Shown here: positions 8,267 through 17,771 of the stretch, in pieces
How positions within the stretch are numbered: the first letter of the stretch is position 1
Layout of the letters: every line of letters begins with the position of its first letter
Virus record (IMG/VR): IMGVR_UViG_3300028048_000075
Span: 32,001-96,000 of that record
Length of the DNA stretch: 64,000 nucleotides
Source: a virus
Lineage: Duplodnaviria; Caudoviricetes
Reading direction: 5' to 3' (one strand)
Notes under the pieces: model-generated
What the model was told of the DNA's origin: nothing
Seen by the model: the letters and a program-made list of their open reading frames with translations, nothing else
Databases searched by the model: none
Program-made: the position numbers and the translations under genes

Positions 8267-8394
8267 TGTGTTATACATTCACGTGAATGTGTGGCCATGA
8301 GAGAATCTGTGATTCAGTGATGGTTGGCATGCGCCGAATCAGTTCATCTCGCGTAACAAGAATGGTGAAGGTGGCTAAATGCCACCTTCATTTT
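8267..8394 (+). ncRNA. candidate small RNA with own promoter motif and terminator
   Basis: AACA-N6-TG at 8257; GC-richer hairpins; terminator tgaaggtggc/gccaccttca 8366-8394. Confidence 0.45.
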
Positions 8395-8397
8395 ATA

Positions 8398-10059
8398 TTA
8401 TTTTTCTTTAAGACATTGTAGTGCAATCCTTTGAACAGGTTCAAGAATTTCTTTCTCTGTTTTACCCATTTTCTTATTTTCTGCACGAGCATTTACAAGT
8501 TCAAGATAATATTTTCTCCAGAAACCTTTATTTTCTTTCTGATCTTTAATTATTGTTTGATCAGCATGCTCTATCATTTCGAAAGTCTTTTTAAGTTCTT
8601 CTCGCTGCTTAGTTGTTAGAGTTTTATTATTCTCAAGTTCATAAAGCATTGCATTGTATAATGATGCGTTTCTTTCTGCAGCGGCACCATGCCTATCATT
8701 TATACTAATACGTCGTATATTTTTATAACGGGAATAGATGTTCATAAGTCTAAATATACCAAGTTTATTAAAACCGACATTCTCATATTTTTGCCAGTCT
8801 TCGATATATTCTACTTCTGGTCTAAGATTATCCATATAGGTTTCTGCGCCATAGCCATATGAAGAAGCAAAAATATCGGCAAAATATTCCCATCTTTGTA
8901 AAAACGTTGCATTTCTAATATTTTTCATATTATAATCAGTTAATGAAATCGTGTATGCTAAATTAGTAGCCATAGCAACCATATTAGCATTAATAGAATA
9001 TATTATACGTTTGAAGAATGACCGGCTATCTTTGTATTCTTTTTGCTCATTTGATAATCCACGTAATTTCAAGTTTTCGAGTTTTGCTTTATCTTCATTC
9101 GACGTTTTCTCGATAAGTTCTTTTCTAAATCCTGAACCTTCAAATTTACCAAGGTCGTTAGATAGTAGTTTAAATACTGTAACACAACCTTCATCATCAG
9201 TTAAATCTGCTCCATTTTCATTGTTATTTTTTTCTTCGATCATGTCTTCCATCTTTTTAGTAGAAGAATTATTAATCTTTTTGAAAACGTTTTTAAACAA
9301 TCGGAGTCTCAATGCTGATGAAATATTAGATATGATTTTTAAAGGAGAAAACAATACTGCAAAAAATAATGATATTCCTCCAGAAAATGTGCCAGGTTTT
9401 AAAGGTTCATATCGATCCATTTGTTCATCAATAAGACTTGCAAAATACATATCTGCTACTTGTTTATACGTTCCCATTACACCAATCTGAAAGCAATGAC
9501 CGAGTTCATGAAGAACTGTTCCGACGATTATATCTACGTCACGTTCTCTAAATAATCCGACAGTTAATCTTATTCCGAGGAATTTTCCTTTTGGATCTAC
9601 GTATCTATATCCGGTTTTGGTTATAGCAATATCTTCCAATTCTTTAATTTTGCTAAAAGAAAGATATTCTTTTACAGTTCCATCGGGTTGTTTTCTTTTT
9701 ACAAGAAACTCTGAACCACTTATCATCGTGTATGCGTCAGCATTTATGCTATTACTTGGTTCCAAATGAATTTCGAGATATTCACAATTTAATTCCTGTT
9801 TAATGTCATTTGCCATCAACTGACATTTCTTCCAAAGTTTATCGATGGTAGATTTGTCAAGTTTCTTTCCATTAGCATTTTCGATCATTAAATCTGCTTT
9901 TATAGAAGCAACGTGTTTTTTGATAATAAGTGGTAAAGGAGATTCTCTACCAAAATATACTTCATTACTTCTACTCAAACCTGGGAAAAAATTATAAGGT
10001 TCCATTTTTTCTTCAGAATGAATATTGTAATTTTCGTTAAAATCGTTTAAAGTACGCAT
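8398..10059 (-). CDS. zinc metallopeptidase-like protein, probably virion-associated
   Basis: INAD, VLHELGH, EYFADIFASSYGYG; late motif on - strand at 10081-10092. Confidence 0.75.
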   Translation of the reverse strand: MRTLNDFNENYNIHSEEKMEPYNFFPGLSRSNEVYFGRESPLPLIIKKHVASIKADLMIENANGKKLDKSTIDKLWKKCQLMANDIKQELNCEYLEIHLEPSNSINADAYTMISGSEFLVKRKQPDGTVKEYLSFSKIKELEDIAITKTGYRYVDPKGKFLGIRLTVGLFRERDVDIIVGTVLHELGHCFQIGVMGTYKQVADMYFASLIDEQMDRYEPLKPGTFSGGISLFFAVLFSPLKIISNISSALRLRLFKNVFKKINNSSTKKMEDMIEEKNNNENGADLTDDEGCVTVFKLLSNDLGKFEGSGFRKELIEKTSNEDKAKLENLKLRGLSNEQKEYKDSRSFFKRIIYSINANMVAMATNLAYTISLTDYNMKNIRNATFLQRWEYFADIFASSYGYGAETYMDNLRPEVEYIEDWQKYENVGFNKLGIFRLMNIYSRYKNIRRISINDRHGAAAERNASLYNAMLYELENNKTLTTKQREELKKTFEMIEHADQTIIKDQKENKGFWRKYYLELVNARAENKKMGKTEKEILEPVQRIALQCLKEK

Positions 10060-10208
10060 AAAAACCTCAATAATTCATTATATTTTAATGTTTTTGCCTC
10101 TAATTTATTAAAAAACGCGTAATATTGAAATATAGCTTACTACGTGTATTGTGCGCTTAATTTATTTATAATTATATATTCTATCTATAGAAAATAGGAG
10201 GTCCCATT

Positions 10209-10676
10209 ATGGCTGACGAAAATGTGAAAGAATCACAGGTCACTGATGCTATTCCTGAAGGAATGATTGTTGAAGATGGTGTAGTTATTCAGGACGCACC
10301 AGTAAGAACTAAGCGTAAGGTAGAAATGCCAGAATCGTCAGATAGAGAAACTAACGAAATACTTAGACATGCTAGACGTCCTAGAGGTGTCGCCAGAGTT
10401 GATTCCAATGGAGATTGGGTTGGTGATGAACCGGACAATAGCATCTTTAAAAGCAAAGATTTTCTTGATGCGTTTGGTAAAGATGCTGAAACGTTTATGA
10501 ATCAGAGAAGAGGCCCAAAGAATATCAATGTAATCCACGTTGATTCAAGACCTGCTGATACAGGTAATCCAAATGTTTTGAAGAATATTTCTAAACCGGC
10601 TGTTCCTACAAATATTAAAGAAGCTCCAGCTATGCCAGTTATTGGAAATGTTCCTAGAGGGCCCGAAGATTTTTAA
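10209..10676 (+). CDS. hypothetical, largely disordered early protein
   Basis: GGAGG RBS, early motif at 10172. Confidence 0.75.
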   Translation: MADENVKESQVTDAIPEGMIVEDGVVIQDAPVRTKRKVEMPESSDRETNEILRHARRPRGVARVDSNGDWVGDEPDNSIFKSKDFLDAFGKDAETFMNQRRGPKNINVIHVDSRPADTGNPNVLKNISKPAVPTNIKEAPAMPVIGNVPRGPEDF

Positions 10677-10707
10677 TTATATATGTTATTAATAACAGGA
10701 GGAAACC

Positions 10708-13248
10708 ATGGCCAGGAATTTTGATGACGACGAATACGAAGACATCAAAGCTATGTACAAACCCGGAAACATTAGTGATATATTCGAATCTGATGACGAT
10801 GATTATGAAATCGACGAATCTTCAGACAATGAAGAAGATACCGATGATGATTACGAAACAGATTTCGATAGTGCAGAAGAAACTGCATCCATTAATGAAA
10901 TTGTGAATCCAGAAGACAAAGTCGTTGAAGAATCTGACGATGAAGAAGATTTTAATCCGACTGAAGAAATTCTTAATGAATCTGAAAACGAAAGCACAGA
11001 ATCATTAGAAGAAACAACTGAAAATGAAAAGCCTGTAGAAAGCGGAGAATTTAATCCGCTCGTTAATCAGCCAGAAGTTGTAGAAACTAAGGTTGAGGAA
11101 AAAGAAGAAGAGTCTGAAGAAGAAAAAGATGAATCTGAAAAGACTTTGAAAGAAATTGTAGAAGCAAACGCTTCAATTGAAATCAAATCAGTTTTGGACG
11201 ATGTTGAAAAAGATCTTGAAGAAGAAAAACCTGAAGAATCCGAACAAACTGCTCCAGTTGAAGAACCTAAAGAAGAAGTAAAGGAAGAAAAACCTGAAGA
11301 ATCGGAACCTATGGAAGTCGATGTGGAATTGACCAATGCTATCATTAAATCGGAAAATGATACACAACGTGAAGCAGAAGTCAAAAGATTTCTAGTAGAA
11401 AACTTCAGAACTACTCTTAAACATTATTATCAGACTTACAAAGAAAATGATCTTGTAAGTTATATTAACCAGTACATAAACCAAGACGAATATCGTGAGA
11501 AATTCAAAGAAGCGTATATTACAACTTACGCAAGGTATTCATCCGCAATAGACTTTGGCGAATTAAACGCAAGTCAGGCACTTTGGGTTGTTGCTGCAGG
11601 TAGATTTGCTGATGAAATTGAATTTGACAAATCTTGGGGTAACATTAAGTCTGAAGTTGTGAATGAAAAAGCAGTTCTCGATCCTTCTAAGGTTATCGAA
11701 GATGAAACTATTCGTACAACCAGAGAATATCAGAGAATGCAAAATGATCGCATGTCTCAGTATAAAATCGACAGAACTGTATTTAATATTACAGATTCTG
11801 AAGATGAAGAAAACTGTTCGATATTTGCTGATAAACGTACTTTGATGAAGGATTTCTATGACTCAGAGTTCTTCAATATTCATTCTGAAATAATGGCAAG
11901 TGACAGATTTGCTGATATGAGTAAGATTGAATCAAAAATCATCATTAATGAGGAAACTTCTTATATTCCGATTATCGATTATAGTACAGGTATTCGTGTT
12001 GTTTGTATCGATACAAATGATACAGATCAGTACAGATTGAATCCGATGATGATAAGTCGTAACGTTCCGTTCAGCTACAAAAATGCGATCTATAATATCG
12101 GATTAAAAGTTCGTATTCTCTATAGTGATGATTGTAAGAATCGTCCTATGGCAGTCATATGTGCTTTGAAGAAACTCATCGCTTACAAATATATTAAACC
12201 CAGATATAAGATTAAGTTGAATCGCAATTATGTTATTGCGTATACAACTGAAACTCGTTGGGTTGAATTGTTTGAAAAAGGTGACCCAGATTCACATAAG
12301 CCGGAAAGTTCACCATATTATACGTCCAAACCTGCTACGATGGCAATCGGTGTAATCATTCTTGACCTTAAGAGTGAAAAAGACAAGAGAGCTATTCGAA
12401 GACATCAGATTGAACGTGATATTGGTAGGTATGAACCAGCTTCAGCAGATAATTACAATATTGAATTCGTATTGTCTGCAAGAATCGTTAAAAACGATCT
12501 TCGTTTAAGGAATCCAGCACTTCCAAAGAATGAGAGATATGTTGAATATGTAATCACTCAGTATACTGAAGCAAATCCTGTAGTAATTCTCGATGGACTT
12601 CAGGTAATTATTGCTTGTATTATTAAAGAGCACAAGAATATGTACGCTCCAGGTACTCCATATTCAATCAGTTTTGAATATGACAGAGATTCTCTGTTAT
12701 CGCCTGCAGTTATTGCAATTCTTGATACTCGTGATGGTCTTGAACCCTCTTATGGAACACGACCTAACAATATCAACATCGAATCTCAGTTCATACTTCC
12801 ACCATCAAGACTCAAGGTTTCTGGAGTATTTGATTTCGAACGTGGAAGAATTGATAAGAGATTCTTCAACCCAGTAGGTATTCAAAGAAAGTATCCTAGG
12901 GAGCTTTGGAATAACTACGATCTCGCAACTAAAGAAGGACGTATTCAGTTCATTAGAAGTCGCGGATTCGAAGAGTTCTTCCATATGCGTCCACTTATGT
13001 TTGACGTAATGCCATATGCACTTAACATGCTGGAAAGCTCAGACATGATTCAGGATATTCAGAAAGTATCTATCGATATGCTTGCTGATAGAAATAGTTC
13101 TGATAGTGAGAACATTCTCTTTAAGCAAAATGAACTCAACTATAAGAAATCCGTACAAGGAACTTCTTATGGTAAATTCCAGATGTTCTTGGTCGATGTG
13201 CTTAACTATTTCATAGACGATATGAAGAATAGGAACCAAGAAAAATAA
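10708..13248 (+). CDS. acidic-tail protein with degenerate nuclease plus GNAT-like C-terminal region
   Basis: About 200-aa D/E-rich N-terminus; C-terminal pattern resembles phage Hef-like/Mom-like fusion proteins with catalytic residues lost (by eye). Confidence 0.5.
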   Translation: MARNFDDDEYEDIKAMYKPGNISDIFESDDDDYEIDESSDNEEDTDDDYETDFDSAEETASINEIVNPEDKVVEESDDEEDFNPTEEILNESENESTESLEETTENEKPVESGEFNPLVNQPEVVETKVEEKEEESEEEKDESEKTLKEIVEANASIEIKSVLDDVEKDLEEEKPEESEQTAPVEEPKEEVKEEKPEESEPMEVDVELTNAIIKSENDTQREAEVKRFLVENFRTTLKHYYQTYKENDLVSYINQYINQDEYREKFKEAYITTYARYSSAIDFGELNASQALWVVAAGRFADEIEFDKSWGNIKSEVVNEKAVLDPSKVIEDETIRTTREYQRMQNDRMSQYKIDRTVFNITDSEDEENCSIFADKRTLMKDFYDSEFFNIHSEIMASDRFADMSKIESKIIINEETSYIPIIDYSTGIRVVCIDTNDTDQYRLNPMMISRNVPFSYKNAIYNIGLKVRILYSDDCKNRPMAVICALKKLIAYKYIKPRYKIKLNRNYVIAYTTETRWVELFEKGDPDSHKPESSPYYTSKPATMAIGVIILDLKSEKDKRAIRRHQIERDIGRYEPASADNYNIEFVLSARIVKNDLRLRNPALPKNERYVEYVITQYTEANPVVILDGLQVIIACIIKEHKNMYAPGTPYSISFEYDRDSLLSPAVIAILDTRDGLEPSYGTRPNNINIESQFILPPSRLKVSGVFDFERGRIDKRFFNPVGIQRKYPRELWNNYDLATKEGRIQFIRSRGFEEFFHMRPLMFDVMPYALNMLESSDMIQDIQKVSIDMLADRNSSDSENILFKQNELNYKKSVQGTSYGKFQMFLVDVLNYFIDDMKNRNQEK

Positions 13249-13268
13249 AAGAAGGAGAAATAAAGACC

Positions 13269-14486
13269 ATGGCGATCAATGAAAATGAAGAAGGACACAA
13301 TGTTTTTGATCCATCAAAGCGCATTAGAGCCGCTTTAGGACCAGAATTCACATCCAACCTGCAAGCTGAAGCAGCAAATAGGCTTGCAGCTGCCATGGCT
13401 TCTACTGGTGTAATTAGAAGCCCTGGTGAACTTACTTTAAATGAAGAGGAGAATAACATGAATTTCAAAGGTATGATCGGAAAAATTACTCACACAAACC
13501 CACGTGATCCTAACAATGCTGAACAGGACGTCGTATATGCAAATGAAAGGGCCGCACAGTCTATGATTGAACCTAATCCTATGGAAAAGCTTCAGCCAGA
13601 AGAACGTGCAAAGGTTCGTGGTCAGGCACTCATTAACAGTGAAAAGATCGTTAATGATATGTTTGAAAAGAAGCCTTTGATTGAAAAGCTTGTACGTTCT
13701 ACTACAGGTTTTGGTATTCATGATACTGCTGCGGATAATGCTACACATGCTATTGCTGTTGGTGTAAGAAACATTGCTGCTGCTGCAACTACAGATGCTG
13801 TAGAAACAACATTCCGTATGAAAGATCTCAAGAAGTCTGCTATTGCTACAGGTGTTTCATCTGCTATCGATTTGGCAGTTACAACTTGGGCATCAGGAAA
13901 TGGATCTCGTATTAACAAAATTTTCGATCCAGATGTTATTACATCTACAGAAGCTGCAAATATCTCTAAGACTATTGCTAAAGAAAAGCTCAAGTATGGT
14001 GCACAGCATGCACTTGCTGCTATCATTGCTCCTGCTATTCTTAAGGGTGGTATCGATAAGGTATTCGGTAGCAAGATCGAAAAGAATAATACAGCTAAAG
14101 TTCTGACAAGTTTCGGTGCACTTTCTGAAGCTGGAAAACTTACTCTCTCAATCGTCAGAAAGATTTCCGAAAAGAAGAATGCTAAGAAAGCTGCAGAAAA
14201 TTCTATCTCTGTATCCGATTCCCTCAATACTCCAGTCGAAGCTTACAACGATGTAGCAAAGCTTGCTATTAATCGTATCATCAATGAAACTATGGACGAT
14301 ACTATTCTTGGTACAGTTGCAGGTTCATTGATTGGTTATCGCTCTGTAGAATATATCGAAACTCCTAACCAGGATGTAGAAACCGCTAACAAGATTAACG
14401 AATATCTTGCATCCGTTGAGCAGAAGAAGTCTGACGAATCTGCTAAGACAACAGCTAAGCCATCTTCTACTAAGAAGAGTGCGTAA
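13269..14486 (+). CDS. Ala/Gly-rich amphipathic-helix protein, paralogue of 14528
   Basis: AGGAG RBS; shares PAI..D..V.GSKI..F.LS pattern with next gene. Confidence 0.7.
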   Translation: MAINENEEGHNVFDPSKRIRAALGPEFTSNLQAEAANRLAAAMASTGVIRSPGELTLNEEENNMNFKGMIGKITHTNPRDPNNAEQDVVYANERAAQSMIEPNPMEKLQPEERAKVRGQALINSEKIVNDMFEKKPLIEKLVRSTTGFGIHDTAADNATHAIAVGVRNIAAAATTDAVETTFRMKDLKKSAIATGVSSAIDLAVTTWASGNGSRINKIFDPDVITSTEAANISKTIAKEKLKYGAQHALAAIIAPAILKGGIDKVFGSKIEKNNTAKVLTSFGALSEAGKLTLSIVRKISEKKNAKKAAENSISVSDSLNTPVEAYNDVAKLAINRIINETMDDTILGTVAGSLIGYRSVEYIETPNQDVETANKINEYLASVEQKKSDESAKTTAKPSSTKKSA

Positions 14487-14527
14487 TTTTGAGTTATATA
14501 TTCTGAGAATAGGAGTTAGATAGAACT

Positions 14528-15448
14528 ATGGCAGTTAAGACAGTAATTGGCGAAGATGCAATTGGAACTGAAGCATTTCAGAATGATTATCAGTTTGAAC
14601 CCTCTACAGCAGATTTCGTTGAAAATGATTCAGCGGAATCACAGCAGCAGGCTGCACCAAATGTGGAAGATCCATATGTAGCTGAGAGAAAAAGAAAGAT
14701 TAAGTCCGATGTGTTTACATTGCTTGGAACAGCAATTATCAATGCTGCTCCTTTGCTGATTGATGCAATTAAACACCACAAAGATCCAGTGCCTCATAAG
14801 GTAGACAAAGGCCAGGTAGCAAAGCTTGGAGTATCATTGGTCGTACCAGCAATTCAGGCATTCGATACAATTGTATTGGGATCTAAAATTCAGAATACTA
14901 TTGAAGAAAAGACACCATTTAAGCTGTCTGATGTTAGAAATGTTGTAAATGTCGTTCAGGCATATCCTTCAACAAAGACTACTTTGACAAACTACATGAT
15001 GAATGTGTCAAGGCAGGCTAATGGTAAGCAGCAGATTGCTCAGAATCCTGCAATAAAGACTGCAGCATATACCGCATGTGTAAATGTTGTTGCTCCTTAT
15101 GTTATTGACAAGTTCTGTGACAACAACCTTACCTTTGTTGAAAAATGCTCATCAGTTATTCCGATTAAGATCTTCGGTGGATTGTTTAAGAAATTTATGT
15201 CCACTGATGCGAAGTTGCAGCAGGCATATAACGTAGGAACGAGCTTGATCCAGGTAGCTTCTTATGGAAATAAGAACCTCAGTTCAGCAGTTCGTTCTAA
15301 TAACGGTCGTCCAAGCGGTGCAGCAAATTCATTCGGAACATTCTTGGATATTGCTCAGGACCTTGTAGGTATGAACAGAGGCAATGTCTCAAGATACAAC
15401 GATGGATATGATGGATGGAATCGGGGATCAAGTTTTAACAGTCTCTGA
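14528..15448 (+). CDS. amphipathic-helix protein, paralogue of 13269
   Basis: AGGAG RBS, early motif at 14494. Confidence 0.7.
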   Translation: MAVKTVIGEDAIGTEAFQNDYQFEPSTADFVENDSAESQQQAAPNVEDPYVAERKRKIKSDVFTLLGTAIINAAPLLIDAIKHHKDPVPHKVDKGQVAKLGVSLVVPAIQAFDTIVLGSKIQNTIEEKTPFKLSDVRNVVNVVQAYPSTKTTLTNYMMNVSRQANGKQQIAQNPAIKTAAYTACVNVVAPYVIDKFCDNNLTFVEKCSSVIPIKIFGGLFKKFMSTDAKLQQAYNVGTSLIQVASYGNKNLSSAVRSNNGRPSGAANSFGTFLDIAQDLVGMNRGNVSRYNDGYDGWNRGSSFNSL

Positions 15449-15518
15449 TAACTGACACATAATAAAATACAGAGGTAATCGAAAGATTCCTCTGTATTTT
15501 TTAATTTTTGAGGAAATT

Positions 15519-17024
15519 ATGGGAACTAAAGTACTAAGATACCAGAATCAGGAATTGATACATTACGATCAGGTACTCAAAGGTGAAGCTATAACACTTT
15601 TCAATAAGAAAGGTGTAGAATTCAAAAAGAAACACTTTGTTCCTCAAGAGGGCGGTATTTATTCTGCCAAAATGGGAGCATTAGTAGAAGATAATGCTGA
15701 TGTTAGTGAATATTCTTGTTCTCCTTCATGTAGATACCTCGTTGGTAGAATATGGGAAGGACACGAATGTCCTATATGCCATGAAATAGTCAAGAATAAC
15801 TATACCGTTAATTTTGACAAAAATGGCTGGATTAACATAGGTTCGCATAAAATTATGCAACCTGCAGCATTTGCAAAGGTTAGAGATCTCATTGGAGATA
15901 AAAATCTTGAAGACATGATTGACTTTAATGACAATATTGATCTTCAAGGTAATATTACTATTGGATCTGCAGAGTTTAATAAAAAGAAACCATTCTCCAA
16001 AATTGGTATGAGTGAGTTTTATAAGAGATTTGAAGAAATCTGTTTATTCTACGGAAAACAGAAACACAAGATGGCTGATGCAGAGTTTTTGATTAATTTC
16101 AAAAATAGAATTTGGACTTCTAAAATTAATGTACTTTCTCAGGAATTAAGACCAGCATTTATTAATTCTACTGAGAAAACATTCAGGTTCGATTCTATAA
16201 ACCTCGCTTATTCAACCATTATCAACAATGCTTCTCTTATTTCTAAAGCTGAAATTACTCAGCAATACATGAATATTAACAAATACTTGTTTACTATTCA
16301 GATGGAACTCTTTAAGCTTTATGGTCTTATTCTCCAAAAGCTTGATGGTAAAAAGAAACTTCCTAGACGTAAAATTCAAGGAACAAAAGTTTCTTGGTCA
16401 TCACGAATGGTTATTACAGCTATTACTGGACCAAACTACGGTATCGATCATGTAGCAATTTCGTATAAAGCATTTCTTGAACTCTACATTTATGAAATAA
16501 TGAATTGCTTTAAAAGAGGTGTTGCTACAGATTACTTTACCGACAAAACGTTTTATGAAATTGCCGAATGGTTAGATGTTGAAAAATATTCTAACAGAGT
16601 CCATCCAGCGATTTATAAAGTAATGAAATGGATCATTGCTAATAATACCGATGGATTGTACTGTCTGGTAAATAGACCTCCGACAATGGATCTTGGTTCA
16701 CTACAGATGCTTCGTGTAGTAGACGTTCTTCCTAATGCTAATGAATATCACATGGAAGTTCCATTAACATCTTTGGTAGCATGGAATGCTGACTTCGATG
16801 GTGATACACTTTCACTCTATAGTATTAAGGAAAAATGTATAGCAGATGCATTCAATGCAGGTTTCAATCCAAGAAATCTGATTGTTGATAAAGTTTCTGG
16901 ATATAAAGTTTATAACAGTGCATTCGGTCTACCTAAAGACTTGGCAATGTTCTTGTTCGGATTTGTTCCAGAATCTAGCAAAAATTTCTCAAAACCCAAA
17001 GAAAAGGAGTTAGTCAATGCCTAA
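15519..17024 (+). CDS. RNA polymerase beta' N-terminal subunit with catalytic motif, probably non-virion RNAP
   Basis: Zn-finger Cys cluster (YSC..SC...ECPIC), GWINI, SSRMVIT, LVNRPPT, WNADFDGD. Confidence 0.93.
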   Translation: MGTKVLRYQNQELIHYDQVLKGEAITLFNKKGVEFKKKHFVPQEGGIYSAKMGALVEDNADVSEYSCSPSCRYLVGRIWEGHECPICHEIVKNNYTVNFDKNGWINIGSHKIMQPAAFAKVRDLIGDKNLEDMIDFNDNIDLQGNITIGSAEFNKKKPFSKIGMSEFYKRFEEICLFYGKQKHKMADAEFLINFKNRIWTSKINVLSQELRPAFINSTEKTFRFDSINLAYSTIINNASLISKAEITQQYMNINKYLFTIQMELFKLYGLILQKLDGKKKLPRRKIQGTKVSWSSRMVITAITGPNYGIDHVAISYKAFLELYIYEIMNCFKRGVATDYFTDKTFYEIAEWLDVEKYSNRVHPAIYKVMKWIIANNTDGLYCLVNRPPTMDLGSLQMLRVVDVLPNANEYHMEVPLTSLVAWNADFDGDTLSLYSIKEKCIADAFNAGFNPRNLIVDKVSGYKVYNSAFGLPKDLAMFLFGFVPESSKNFSKPKEKELVNA

Positions 17025-17697
17025 AAACTTTACATTCGATGATAAACTTGTGTTAAAAACTATTAACGATGATTTCAATTTTGAACTTTGTGGGGGCACA
17101 ATGTCTCGTTACAGAAGAAAGATTCGTCCAGCAGCATATGCAAAAGATGCAATGGAAAGTCTTGCCACATCGTTCAGATTCGAGCTCGCTAATACTGCTC
17201 GCATTATTAATGAAGATATCGAAAGGTATACAAATCACTTCAAAGTGAAAGGTAATCCGAAAGAAATTCTCAGTATGATTGATGCCGACATTTCAGAGTG
17301 GAAAGAAACTGATAATGTGCATTATTATGGACGTGGATATCTAATAGATAACGTCACAGTAATTGCATCAAATCTTCGTTTGATTATCAAGGAATGTGAT
17401 AAGATTAATGAGTTTACTCAGATGGCTTATCGTGTTTCCGAACAGAAAGACCACAGATTCAACGACATTACAGCCAAAGATATTCTTGTGGATAACGAAG
17501 CGGTGTTTGGCAACATGTTTAAAGAGATTGAAAAACAGGTTCCAGAAAATATCGATGTTTACAGTCAGGAATATGGCAAAATCGTCTGCAAGAAAGTAAA
17601 AGCTTTCAAAGCAATGGCTATTTCCACGATTAACAAATACTTTGGAAAGAACTCCAAATTGGCTGATCTTGGAATTTTCGATATTGCTATTTCGTAA
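17017..17697 (+). CDS. hypothetical protein coupled to beta' gene
   Basis: AGGAG RBS, overlaps upstream stop. Confidence 0.75.
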   Translation: MPKNFTFDDKLVLKTINDDFNFELCGGTMSRYRRKIRPAAYAKDAMESLATSFRFELANTARIINEDIERYTNHFKVKGNPKEILSMIDADISEWKETDNVHYYGRGYLIDNVTVIASNLRLIIKECDKINEFTQMAYRVSEQKDHRFNDITAKDILVDNEAVFGNMFKEIEKQVPENIDVYSQEYGKIVCKKVKAFKAMAISTINKYFGKNSKLADLGIFDIAIS

Positions 17698-17771
17698 TCA
17701 ATAAATGTATTAAAGAAGGTGATGGTTATAATTATATAACCATCACCATTTTATTTTTTAGGAGGAAATGA

